64,000 bases of DNA from Candidatus Poribacteria bacterium (GTDB taxonomy: Bacteria; Poribacteria; WGA-4E; WGA-3G): NCBI GenBank assembly GCA_965197475.1, contig CBDANF010000003.1, forward strand, positions 2,679,223 through 2,743,222, read 5' to 3'. This document shows positions 29,917-38,682 of this stretch, piece by piece (positions within the stretch are counted from its first letter, which is position 1; each line of letters begins with the position of its first letter). The notes below the pieces were generated by a model that was not told where the DNA came from, made no database searches, and saw nothing but the letters and a program-made list of their open reading frames with translations. Position numbers and translations under genes: made by a program.

Positions 29917-30797
29917 GCAAACCTCTAACCCGCACGCAAATCAACGAGAAGAAATTCAGACGCATCAACGATAAGTCCCTACGACAGTTGCTCATCCACC
30001 GCTTTCTCAATGACTACGGTTATGACAAAGGCGAAGTCACTGCCACCGCCATTGTTGATGATATTCTCAAAACCGTTGAGGACTATTTCGTGATTACCCT
30101 TCCTTTGGAGAAACTCGCCACTGGTGACGCACTCCCAGAGGAGCGGCTGCTGAGCTATGGACACCTCGTTTGGATGGCTGTCCCCATTGAGGAACATCCA
30201 GAGAGAGGAAAGTCCATCGTCAAAACCCGCATGAAACCTGTCATCCTGACTTACCTCGCCGCAGAGGATATTGAATCGTTTCGCAATGGCTTTACCTCTC
30301 GGCAACTGCGGATCAATCGCTTGGTCCGCTGGTGTCATCAAACTTATGACCAAGGTGCCTTATTGACCCAACTCGACTTGGCAGTCTTGCTCAACGTCTG
30401 TGATGCTGTCGTCAGTGATTATGTCAATGAATGGCAAAAAACCACTGGAGAACTCTTGCCCACCCGTGGCAATATCCATGACTTATCGGGGGCTATTACC
30501 CACAAGAAAGAGATCATAACCCTCTATCTTCAAGGACATCTCACCCCCAGGATTGCCGCAAAGACCAAACACTCTAAGGAGGCAGTTGACCGATACATCC
30601 GCGATTATGAGAGCGTCAAAGTCGTTCACACCGCAACCGCAGATATTGACAAAATCTCACAGATTACACGACTTTCTAAACGTGTCATCTCTCAATATCT
30701 CGACCTCATACCGCAGCACCAACTCCAAGCCATAGATGCAGACCTTGCCAATTCAGACTCAAACGATGAAGCCACTCACCAAGGAGAAGCCCAATGA
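29913..30797 (+). CDS. HTH protein, DUF1670-like paralogue
   Basis: The 294-aa ORF overlaps the upstream stop (ATGA). Its C-terminal half (DLAVLLNV..VSDYVNEW...TRGNIHDLSGAITHKKEIITLYLQGH..IAAKTKHSKEAVDRYIRDYESV) is colinear with the upstream gene. Confidence 0.7.
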   Translation: MSKPLTRTQINEKKFRRINDKSLRQLLIHRFLNDYGYDKGEVTATAIVDDILKTVEDYFVITLPLEKLATGDALPEERLLSYGHLVWMAVPIEEHPERGKSIVKTRMKPVILTYLAAEDIESFRNGFTSRQLRINRLVRWCHQTYDQGALLTQLDLAVLLNVCDAVVSDYVNEWQKTTGELLPTRGNIHDLSGAITHKKEIITLYLQGHLTPRIAAKTKHSKEAVDRYIRDYESVKVVHTATADIDKISQITRLSKRVISQYLDLIPQHQLQAIDADLANSDSNDEATHQGEAQ

Positions 30798-30864
30798 GAC
30801 CCTAATCCTATGTTCCCGACGAACTTTACTTCGCAAAACCGGGGCAGGTGCCTTGAAAGGACGC

Positions 30865-30894
30865 TTGACAGTCCGCTATCGGTTTTGCTATACT
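30865..30894 (+). promoter_or_regulatory. Orphan strong promoter (TTGACA-18-TGcTATACT) with no downstream ORF
   Basis: TTGACA lies at 30865-30870 and an extended -10 TGC-TATACT at 30886-30894. The next about 130 nt contain an imperfect long hairpin (ggatcgc..gcgcatc...gatgctc..gcgatcc). They then meet the 3' end of the convergent WD40 gene. Confidence 0.4.
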
Positions 30895-31028
30895 TTAGAC
30901 ATGTGGATCGCTCAGCGCATCGTTTCTCAAAGAGGATGCTCGCGATCCCAACGCAACCAACTCATCAACGATCGCTGGGAAGTTTCCAATAAACATCAGC
31001 CTTCCAGCTATCCTATGGTCATTTGATA

Positions 31029-33917
31029 CTATTTCAGAATGAGCATTTTTCGTGTTGCTGTGAATTGTCCTGCAGTTAGGGTGTAGAAATAGACACCGCT
31101 TGCGACAGGTTCACCAAGTTCATTTTTTCCATCCCAATGTGCTGCATGGCTGCGATACTCATAGAGTCCGGCAGACTGATGCCCTAAAACTAAAGTACGG
31201 ATCAACTTTCCATCGCCTGAATGGATATGAAGTGTTACATCCGCTGCTTCCGCCAATTGATACGGTATCCAGGTTTCAGGATTGAATGGATTTGGATAGT
31301 TCGGGAGAAGTGCTGTTTTTTGTGGAGCCAGTGCTGCAAGGAGTTGTTCCAATACCAAGATACCGCGTTGAAAAGTGGGATCAGTTAGTGCTAATTGTCG
31401 GGCATCCTGTAACCACTGCTGTACCTGTGTCTTTGTAAGGGTTTTCTTAAGGTCCCGACCCCAGCTTGCGGGCGCAGCACTTGAGGAATTTGCCATAGCC
31501 GCTGCAACCAAGGTAAGATCTACGATATTAACTATCTCATCACTGTTTACATCCGCCAGATTTCCCCCCTCCTGCCCAAAATTTGAGGCAACTATTGTCA
31601 AATCTTGTATGTCAACGACTCCATCGCCATTCAGGTCGCCTTGTTGAAGTAGAGGTGTCGTTATCTGTCCAACCCCAACGCGAGCGTAAAAAACGCCACC
31701 TGAGCCATCAGTCAGTCGCACGTTAGATAAGGTTAGCTTAGATGCCTTGGGGGCGACAATTTCAAAGGTAAGTGTGGCAAGGGTGCCAGCTCCGAAAGTT
31801 TCTCCGGCAAGAGACGTTGCCGCAAGCGTTACTGTATTTTCCTTAACAATTGCTGGCACAGAAAACGCCCCCATCGGCAGAAAACCACCATCAGTACTTC
31901 CGACATATCGGAGCGCGGATGTGTCATACCTAACGGTTGCCTGATACCCAGCCACACTTCCTGCATTTTCAATATTAAGGGAAAACGTAAGCTGCCCATC
32001 TATGGCAGGAGAAACCACTGAGGATGGAGAAAAACTAACAGCGGCATAAGTGTTAGTTGAGGGGGTAAAATCCCATAGGAGTGATGTGCCATCTGAGCTG
32101 CTACTTGCAAGCGTGCTCCCATCTGGACTGAGAGCAACGCTCAGAATACCACTTGTATGCCCAGTAAGTGTCTGAAGGTGTTGACCTGACACAGTATCCC
32201 ATACACGAACGGTGCGATCATTACTACCACTAACAAGTGTCCCTCCATCCCTACTATAAGCAACGCTCCAGACCCAATTCGTATGTTCAGTAAGTGTCTG
32301 GAGTTCAACCCCAAAGACAGTATCCCAAATTCGGACAGTGTTATCATCACTGCCGCTCGCAAGCATGTAGCCATTTGGACTAAACGCAACGCTTCTCACA
32401 TAATCCGTATGTCCAATAAGTGTTTGCTTAGGTTCACCGGACGCGACATCCCATAGTTGTATAGTGTCATCTGCACTACCACTCGCAATTGTAGAACCAT
32501 CTGCACTGAAAGCAACACTCAGAACAGAATTTGTGTGCCCAGTGAATGTTTTCAGCTCTTCTCCGGAAGCAGTATCCCATAGTTTGATAGTGCCGTCTTG
32601 ACTCCCACTCGCAATTGTAAACCCATCAGGACTAAAGGCGACACTCCAGACCCAATCCGTGTGTCCTATAAGTGTCCGAAGGTATTCACCTGTAGATGCA
32701 TTCCATAACCGGATAGTCCCATCGTCACTACCACTCGCAAGCGTATTTCCATCAGAACTGAAGGCAATACTCCAGACCCAATCATCATGTCCTATTAACA
32801 TCTGCTGGTGTTGCCCCGTGGTGGCATCCCACAGATTAATTGTGTTGTCTGAACCACCGGTTGCTACCACGTTTCCATTAGTACTGAACGCAACGCTCAA
32901 AAAATAATTTGTATACCCAGTTAGCACCTGCCGCTGTCCACCGAAGACAGCATCCCACAAGCGGACAGTGCCATCTGCACTACCACTCGCAATTGTGCCT
33001 CCACTGGTGCTAAACGCGACACTTAGAACAACATTTGTATGACCAGGAAGTTCCTGTTGCGGTTGTCCAGTAACAGTATCCCACAAGCGGACAGTGCCAT
33101 CTGCACTACCACTCGCAATTGTGCCTCCATTTGGACTAAACGCGACACTATAGACAGGACCTTCATGGCCCGGCAGTGTCTGCTTGAGCACACCGAAGGC
33201 TGTATACCAAAGCCGTATAGTGCCATCACGGCTAGCACTTGCGAGTGTTCCTTCATTCGGACTGAATGCAACACTAAAGACAGAATCTTCATGTTCAGTA
33301 AGGATATATTGTTGTTCACCAGTTGCAACATCCCATAATTGGACAGATGTGTCTAAACTGCCGCTTGCAAGTGTTGCTCCGGACGGACTGAATGCAACAC
33401 TCGTAACAGCATCAAAATGCCCGGGAAGCGTCCGCAGGTGTTCACGAGTTGTATAATTCCAAAGTCGTATGGTGCCATCAGCACTCCCACTGGCAAGTGT
33501 TTGGCTATCTGGACTAAATGCAAGACTCGAAACCACATCTGTGTGGCCCGGAAGTGTCTCTTGAGGTTCGCCAGTTGTAGTATTCCAAAGTTGGATAGTG
33601 CCATCAGCACTCCCACTGGCAAGTGTTTGACTATCTGAACTAAATGCAGCACAGTAAACGGTCTGTGCCTCTCCAGTGAACAATGCCATCTCCTCATAAG
33701 TTTGTGCATTATAAAGCCAAATACCGATAGAACTAACAACAGCCAGACGTGCGCCATCTGGTGAATATGTTAGCTCGCTTAGCCTACCTTTACCGAGACG
33801 CGCTTTCGCGTTTTCCGGTAAACTCAATTGCATAGTGTCTTGAGCAAAGGTTTTGGGTAGAAAAAGCGATGAAACAGAAAGTAGGGTTAAAAAAATAAAT
33901 AACAACGTTTTTTTCAT
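31029..33917 (-). CDS. Secreted WD40-repeat protein with cohesin-like, dockerin-like and FlgD-Ig/T9SS-like C-terminal domains
   Basis: The 962-aa ORF has a signal peptide and about 14 WD40 repeats (AFSPDGxTLASGSxDGTIRLWD). A cohesin-like module follows (LTFSLNIENAGSVAGYQATVRYDTSAL). Two dockerin-type Ca-loop repeats are present (DLNGDGVVDIQD, DVNSDEIVNIVD). The tail is NYPNPFNPET...SGVYFYTLTAG. Confidence 0.9.
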   Translation of the reverse strand: MKKTLLFIFLTLLSVSSLFLPKTFAQDTMQLSLPENAKARLGKGRLSELTYSPDGARLAVVSSIGIWLYNAQTYEEMALFTGEAQTVYCAAFSSDSQTLASGSADGTIQLWNTTTGEPQETLPGHTDVVSSLAFSPDSQTLASGSADGTIRLWNYTTREHLRTLPGHFDAVTSVAFSPSGATLASGSLDTSVQLWDVATGEQQYILTEHEDSVFSVAFSPNEGTLASASRDGTIRLWYTAFGVLKQTLPGHEGPVYSVAFSPNGGTIASGSADGTVRLWDTVTGQPQQELPGHTNVVLSVAFSTSGGTIASGSADGTVRLWDAVFGGQRQVLTGYTNYFLSVAFSTNGNVVATGGSDNTINLWDATTGQHQQMLIGHDDWVWSIAFSSDGNTLASGSDDGTIRLWNASTGEYLRTLIGHTDWVWSVAFSPDGFTIASGSQDGTIKLWDTASGEELKTFTGHTNSVLSVAFSADGSTIASGSADDTIQLWDVASGEPKQTLIGHTDYVRSVAFSPNGYMLASGSDDNTVRIWDTVFGVELQTLTEHTNWVWSVAYSRDGGTLVSGSNDRTVRVWDTVSGQHLQTLTGHTSGILSVALSPDGSTLASSSSDGTSLLWDFTPSTNTYAAVSFSPSSVVSPAIDGQLTFSLNIENAGSVAGYQATVRYDTSALRYVGSTDGGFLPMGAFSVPAIVKENTVTLAATSLAGETFGAGTLATLTFEIVAPKASKLTLSNVRLTDGSGGVFYARVGVGQITTPLLQQGDLNGDGVVDIQDLTIVASNFGQEGGNLADVNSDEIVNIVDLTLVAAAMANSSSAAPASWGRDLKKTLTKTQVQQWLQDARQLALTDPTFQRGILVLEQLLAALAPQKTALLPNYPNPFNPETWIPYQLAEAADVTLHIHSGDGKLIRTLVLGHQSAGLYEYRSHAAHWDGKNELGEPVASGVYFYTLTAGQFTATRKMLILK

Positions 33918-34143
33918 TATGAGGATTCTCCTTTACGGCAGCTGGCTTCCGAATGTTTTAGCGTGCGAATCAATTACGCAATGTTGAATGTTGTTCGTTT
34001 AAAAGTGTATCATAAATAGAAGTATATCACAAAAGGATGTGAATGTCAATTTTTAGTGGGAAGCGATGTAGGTTAGAATATTGGCAGGCAGCACATACTC
34101 AGTGCTTCAACTGTTGACTCTGGTTTATGTCAGGGGTAGGAAC

Positions 34144-34980
34144 TTAAGACCAGACAAATATTTCGTTATCGTCTGGGGAATACCCGATGAATACTGCCAA
34201 GACTATTCTGGCACGCGCCCCTTGAACGGGTGGCACTTCGTGGATACAACGTGTGTTGAAAAAGTAGAGGTCCCCTTGTCCTAAATTGACTTGACAGTTA
34301 TCTATTCCGTTCGCAGCAGCATACGTATCAAACGTTTCTGCAGCGATATGTGGTTGAATGTTTTCTGACCAGAGGCATCGGTGTAGAATAGCTTGTGTTC
34401 CTCTACCGGTTGCATCCGCATTTTGGACGCATAACACACCTGCAAACTGATGTTCAAAGCGGTAAACAGCATAATCGGCGCGTTGCTCTCGGTATTTGAC
34501 ACTATCAATGTGCGGTTTATAACTATGTGTTTCGTAATGAACGCGGAAGATAGCCGGACCGTAAAGTGATCCGTCCGGTTCACGTGCAACCTTAACCTCT
34601 TTTCCGGGGGAAAGCGCAGCGAGGGATTCGTAAATCAAGTTAACAGGATTATCAAATCCATCAAATAGAAATTGGAAAAGATGGTGTGTTGCTTCTGCAT
34701 GCGCTAAAAAACCGGTTTTATCGATGCCACGATTGCCGAGACTCGTACCGATATCAATACGGGTGCGCTTATCGGCAGAGTTGATGTCTGCCTCGTCGCG
34801 CATCAATCCCATATTTGTGAATCTATTGATGAGTCCTTGGCACTGTTCAGGTGAGTACGCTTTCCGGAGAATAATGGCTGGTATTTCCGCCTGTGAAAGC
34901 GAATAAATAGGGTCTTTATACTTTTCACAAACCGTTTTGAGGTCAGGCTCCGCAGGAAACCAATTTGTTTCATTTTGCAT
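34144..34980 (-). CDS. Putative Fe(II)/2-oxoglutarate-dependent oxygenase
   Basis: The 278-aa ORF has a candidate HxD...H facial triad (YKPHIDS ... RCIHEV) and a basic residue region (GARARIVLAVF). The substrate is unknown. Confidence 0.45.
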   Translation of the reverse strand: MQNETNWFPAEPDLKTVCEKYKDPIYSLSQAEIPAIILRKAYSPEQCQGLINRFTNMGLMRDEADINSADKRTRIDIGTSLGNRGIDKTGFLAHAEATHHLFQFLFDGFDNPVNLIYESLAALSPGKEVKVAREPDGSLYGPAIFRVHYETHSYKPHIDSVKYREQRADYAVYRFEHQFAGVLCVQNADATGRGTQAILHRCLWSENIQPHIAAETFDTYAAANGIDNCQVNLGQGDLYFFNTRCIHEVPPVQGARARIVLAVFIGYSPDDNEIFVWS

Positions 34981-35060
34981 AAGATACTCACTTCTGTAAA
35001 TCCGCTTAATCTTGTGTCGTGTGTAGCGATCAGCAATTCAGATAGGCATTATGCTGAAAT

Positions 35061-35918
35061 TTAGAATTTCGGATTGAAGAGATAATCATCTAATTTCTCG
35101 GCTACGAATTCAGCATTATGGTCAAGTTCACTGTTTTCAAAAGCGGCTTCACATCCAGTTTGATATTTCAAACGTCTGCCTAAACGGAACCAGCGGACAC
35201 GATGAATCATTGCTATCATGTGGCGTGGTTCGTCAGATTGGTTTGGTACACCACGGTGCCAAAGCCGCATATCGCGAATCAACGCGCTCCCTTTTTTCGC
35301 AATTGCACGGATTGGTGGCGCGATTTCGCGACGTTCTGCCTCATGTTCTTCATCAATGTGTCGACCACTAACATCCAGATGTGATCCGGGCCACAGTTCT
35401 ACACTGCCGTTCGCTTCCGTTGTGTCTTGAGGTGAAATATTGACAACCACCTCAGCTGCAGGGTGTGCCACTTCCATATTTTGCCACAGATGATCACCAT
35501 CTCTATGAAGCGGTTGTGTGGAACTACCGGGGCAGTTGGTGTTACCGTTATAAAAATTATTGTAAACGCCTGGACCGAGCAGTTCCTTCGTCACCTGAAT
35601 AACGTAAGGGTTCGCAACGATGTCACTAAAGATATATGGAGCAAACGGAGGCGGTCCCTGCTGGAGATGCCCTTTGAGCATCCCTGCACCACCCCATTTT
35701 TTCGCTTTAATCAGGATTTGCGAATCGGCATCCATCCGTTCTCGTAATATATCCAGATGCTCATCGTTAATAATGTTCTCTATGACAACATACCCATCAA
35801 CGCTAATCGCTTCAACTGCTTGTTTGATATGCGTTTCTGTGAGTTTGCCAGCAGATAATTCATTCGGTTGAGCTGTTATTACCATTGAAAAATTCCTCAT
35901 AGAGTGCTTGAACTGCAA
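35061..35918 (-). CDS. Phytanoyl-CoA dioxygenase (PhyH) family protein
   Basis: The 285-aa ORF carries GYVVIENIINDEHLDILRERM, PLHRDGDH (HxD) and RLWHRGVPNQS, typical of PhyH/EctD-like enzymes. The start is uncertain: in-frame ATGs at 35918, 35900 and 35885 all overlap the aspartate kinase 3' end. Confidence 0.7.
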   Translation of the reverse strand: MQFKHSMRNFSMVITAQPNELSAGKLTETHIKQAVEAISVDGYVVIENIINDEHLDILRERMDADSQILIKAKKWGGAGMLKGHLQQGPPPFAPYIFSDIVANPYVIQVTKELLGPGVYNNFYNGNTNCPGSSTQPLHRDGDHLWQNMEVAHPAAEVVVNISPQDTTEANGSVELWPGSHLDVSGRHIDEEHEAERREIAPPIRAIAKKGSALIRDMRLWHRGVPNQSDEPRHMIAMIHRVRWFRLGRRLKYQTGCEAAFENSELDHNAEFVAEKLDDYLFNPKF

Positions 35919-37233
35919 TGTCCATATCTGTTGATTTTACGCCAAACATCATGCTAACCTCATTTGAACCTTGGTTGATAATTTCTATATTTACTTTCGC
36001 ACTTGCTAATGCACTTGTTGCTCGTGAGGCTATACCGACAGTGTGCCGCATACCTTCACCGACAACCATGATGAGAGATAAGCCTCGCTCTACAGAAACA
36101 TCTTCAGGCGCGAGCGTTTGCCGAATCTTTTCCACTACCCTTTTCTCTTTTTCAGCAGGTAGATTTTCTTCTCGGAGGATGACAGACATATTGTCAATAC
36201 CGGAGGGAATATGTTCAAAAGAGATATTTTCACCTTCTAATATCTGAAGTAGCCGTCTACCGAACCCTATCTGTCGGTTCATCAGATACTTGCTAAGGTA
36301 GACACAACAGACATTGCTCATCGCGGCAATACCCACAACAGGGATTTTCCTTGAGTTGCAGTGCGGAACAATCAATGTGCCAGCAGCTTTTGGATTGTGC
36401 GTATTTCGGATGTGGACAGGCACCATTGCGCGATACACAGGTTCAAGTGCCTCATCGTGAAATACTGAAAAACCGGCGTAAGAAAGTTCGCGCATCTCAC
36501 GGTAGGTTAGTTCCGCAATCGGGGCAGGATTCGGCACAATAGAAGGATTTGCAGCGAACACTGAGTCAACATCTGTGAAGTTCTCATAGACTTCTGCCCG
36601 AACAGCACTGGCGAGAATAGCACCAGTAATATCTGATCCCCCACGAGAAAAGGTTACAATATTGCCTTCTTTTGAATATCCGAAAAAGCCTGGGAAGATC
36701 GTGATACCGGAACGTTCGCTTAGACTTCGCAGGCGGTTATATGCCTCAGGAAGAACTTGCGCACTGCCCGGTTCGTCGGACAGTAGTAAGCCAGCGTCCT
36801 TCGGATTCACGTAGTGTGCTTCTACGCCGCGTGCTTGCAACACCTGCGCAATTAGACGGGCACAATTATCCTCTCCGCCTGCCTTCATTGTATCCATATA
36901 GAGATCAGCATCGGTTGTGCTGTTTTCTAAACGTTGAGTCAAGTCCTTTGCGATAGGTTCAATAACCTCGGCGGGGAGTTCCAATTCAGAAGCGATATTC
37001 CTGTAACGTTCAATTGCCTCAGCACATTCCGATGCACCGATTTTTCCCATTAGTCTTTCCGATGCGGCTGCAATCAGCAGGTCGGTTACTTTTATGTCTT
37101 GGCTGTGACGTTTTCCGGGTGCTGATACGACAATTAACCGCCGTGTGGAGTCGGTTGTGATAATGTCACAAACTCGGTGAACCTGCTCGCCTGTTGCGAG
37201 GGAACTCCCACCAAACTTTGATACTTTTAACAA
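35860..37233 (-). CDS. lysC: Aspartate kinase
   Basis: The 457-aa ORF has the N-terminal KFGGSSLA motif, an amino-acid kinase fold (VVSAPGK...) and C-terminal ACT-like repeats (SLIMVVGEGM, INQGSNEVSMMF). Confidence 0.9.
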   Translation of the reverse strand: MLKVSKFGGSSLATGEQVHRVCDIITTDSTRRLIVVSAPGKRHSQDIKVTDLLIAAASERLMGKIGASECAEAIERYRNIASELELPAEVIEPIAKDLTQRLENSTTDADLYMDTMKAGGEDNCARLIAQVLQARGVEAHYVNPKDAGLLLSDEPGSAQVLPEAYNRLRSLSERSGITIFPGFFGYSKEGNIVTFSRGGSDITGAILASAVRAEVYENFTDVDSVFAANPSIVPNPAPIAELTYREMRELSYAGFSVFHDEALEPVYRAMVPVHIRNTHNPKAAGTLIVPHCNSRKIPVVGIAAMSNVCCVYLSKYLMNRQIGFGRRLLQILEGENISFEHIPSGIDNMSVILREENLPAEKEKRVVEKIRQTLAPEDVSVERGLSLIMVVGEGMRHTVGIASRATSALASAKVNIEIINQGSNEVSMMFGVKSTDMDIAVQALYEEFFNGNNSSTE

Positions 37234-37305
37234 TCCATAGCCTCCAATTCAATGTCGTATGTTGGTAACAATTATACCACAGTTCTAATTATTAAAGAAA
37301 GGGAT

Positions 37306-37629
37306 TCATAAATCACGTGTGCTGCTTGTCACCGAACCGCCATCATACGTTTGAGGGCCCGTATGCGTATTTCCACAAGTTACAATGACCGGCACCGGAT
37401 ATTGATGCGTATATGATGGTCCATAAGATGGCACATTCGGATGTTTACATCGCCAAAATGTATACGTGCATCTATCACCATTTGAGTTAGTGGTAGTGCA
37501 CTGTTCTTGAACATGCTGCAAAGTGCTACGATTACACGCATACTCGACATGCCCGCAGTTCCACGCAACAGAGATATGGGCATCTGCCTGACACGCGTAG
37601 AACGCATGTAATGTGCAATAGCCAGACAT
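37306..37629 (-). CDS. Small Cys/His-rich hypothetical protein
   Basis: The 107-aa ORF contains 10 Cys (YACQADAH..WNCGHVEYACN..CTTT..RCTYTFWRCKHP..VTCGNTH) and has no signal peptide. Its start codon is 10 bp from the IS982 terminal repeat, so the 5' end or promoter may be disrupted. Confidence 0.35.
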   Translation of the reverse strand: MSGYCTLHAFYACQADAHISVAWNCGHVEYACNRSTLQHVQEQCTTTNSNGDRCTYTFWRCKHPNVPSYGPSYTHQYPVPVIVTCGNTHTGPQTYDGGSVTSSTRDL

Positions 37630-37638
37630 ACTATTAAT

Positions 37639-38653
37639 AACGTGAGTTTGATAAATATTTTTAGAAGTTACATATCATTGGCAACTGACAGTCTTTTTCC
37701 TGAAGTTCTTTATGTTTGAGTAAAGGTTTCTTCTTCAGACAGGTATAAGCGATCAAGGCAGCAACTGTGTTCACTTGAAAGTTAACAGGACTTCTATGTC
37801 GTGTGTGTTGTCCCTCTGTCTGACTTTTGAGTTCTTTATTTACGGACTCAACGAGCATCCGTTTCTTCAAGAGTGCTGTATCAGCATCAGACAAAGGTTC
37901 AGGTTTCATATTCGGACGCACTTTGTAAATGAGGGACACGCCTTCTTCTTGGAGTCTCTCCCGCAGATTTTTGGCGATATATCCTTTATCGGCAAATAGT
38001 TTGCCAAAGAGCCCACGACACAACTGTGGCACGGGTTGCCTGTCATCTACGTTTCCCCGTGCCACCATAGCGGACAACAGTTCACCTTGGTCGTTGATGA
38101 CGACATGTAGTTTGAACCCATAGAACCATCCCATAGAAGTTTTAGCACGACCCGCACACTCAGCGAAGACGCGATGCGTTGAAATCCGACGATTGTGGCA
38201 GACCGGAAGGGGTGTTGAGTCTATGAAGGAAATCCCACGACATTCACCGAAACGGGTGTTCAGAAAAATAGACAACGGAACCAATACCTCTTGTGAGAGC
38301 TGCACAAAACGACTATAGCTGACAAGTTTTGGAAACGCCCAACGCAACTGGCAGCAAACATAATCCTGATAATAGGCTTTAAAGTTTTTATACCGCTTCT
38401 GATGAAAATGCACAAGTATCGTCATGACTTCGCTCGGATGAAGACACCGAAGTCTGCCACGGGTATTGCTTGTTCCGGGGATTTCCGGTAACTGGTGTTG
38501 TGCTTGATAGTGTTCGGACGCAAGAAAAAAGTTGTCAATTTCACAGAAAAGTGTTATGATATCCATCAGAGAACTCCTTTGTCCGTATTTGATATACTTC
38601 ATAATAACAAAGAGGTTCTCTATTTACCAGTTTTTAATTATCAAACTCACGTT
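37639..38653 (-). mobile_element. IS982-family insertion sequence (~1.0 kb)
   Basis: The 16-bp terminal inverted repeats aacgtgagtttgataa (37639-37654) and ttatcaaactcacgtt (38638-38653) enclose a single DDE transposase gene. No flanking direct repeat is visible. Confidence 0.85.
37661..38602 (-). CDS. IS982-family DDE transposase
   Basis: The 313-aa ORF carries MDIITLFCEIDNFF, FIDSTPLPVCHNRR, GFKLHVVINDQGELLS and LFADKGYI, hallmarks of IS982 transposases. An alternative start is the MDIITLF Met at 38564-38566. Confidence 0.9.
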   Translation of the reverse strand: MKYIKYGQRSSLMDIITLFCEIDNFFLASEHYQAQHQLPEIPGTSNTRGRLRCLHPSEVMTILVHFHQKRYKNFKAYYQDYVCCQLRWAFPKLVSYSRFVQLSQEVLVPLSIFLNTRFGECRGISFIDSTPLPVCHNRRISTHRVFAECAGRAKTSMGWFYGFKLHVVINDQGELLSAMVARGNVDDRQPVPQLCRGLFGKLFADKGYIAKNLRERLQEEGVSLIYKVRPNMKPEPLSDADTALLKKRMLVESVNKELKSQTEGQHTRHRSPVNFQVNTVAALIAYTCLKKKPLLKHKELQEKDCQLPMICNF

Positions 38654-38682
38654 TTTCTACTCAATTTGCGTAAGTCCTGTAA

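Noticed and set aside
30736-31026. ORFs 30736..31026 and 30810..30992 as genes downstream of the HTH paralogue pair
   Set aside because: They have no RBS, Arg/Ser-rich low-complexity products, and they overlap the orphan promoter and hairpin. They are better explained as non-coding.
34144-37233. Ectoine/hydroxyectoine biosynthesis cluster
   Set aside because: An aspartate kinase plus a PhyH-type oxygenase is suggestive, but ectA, ectB and ectC are absent from the window. The second oxygenase has no EctD signature that I could recognise.
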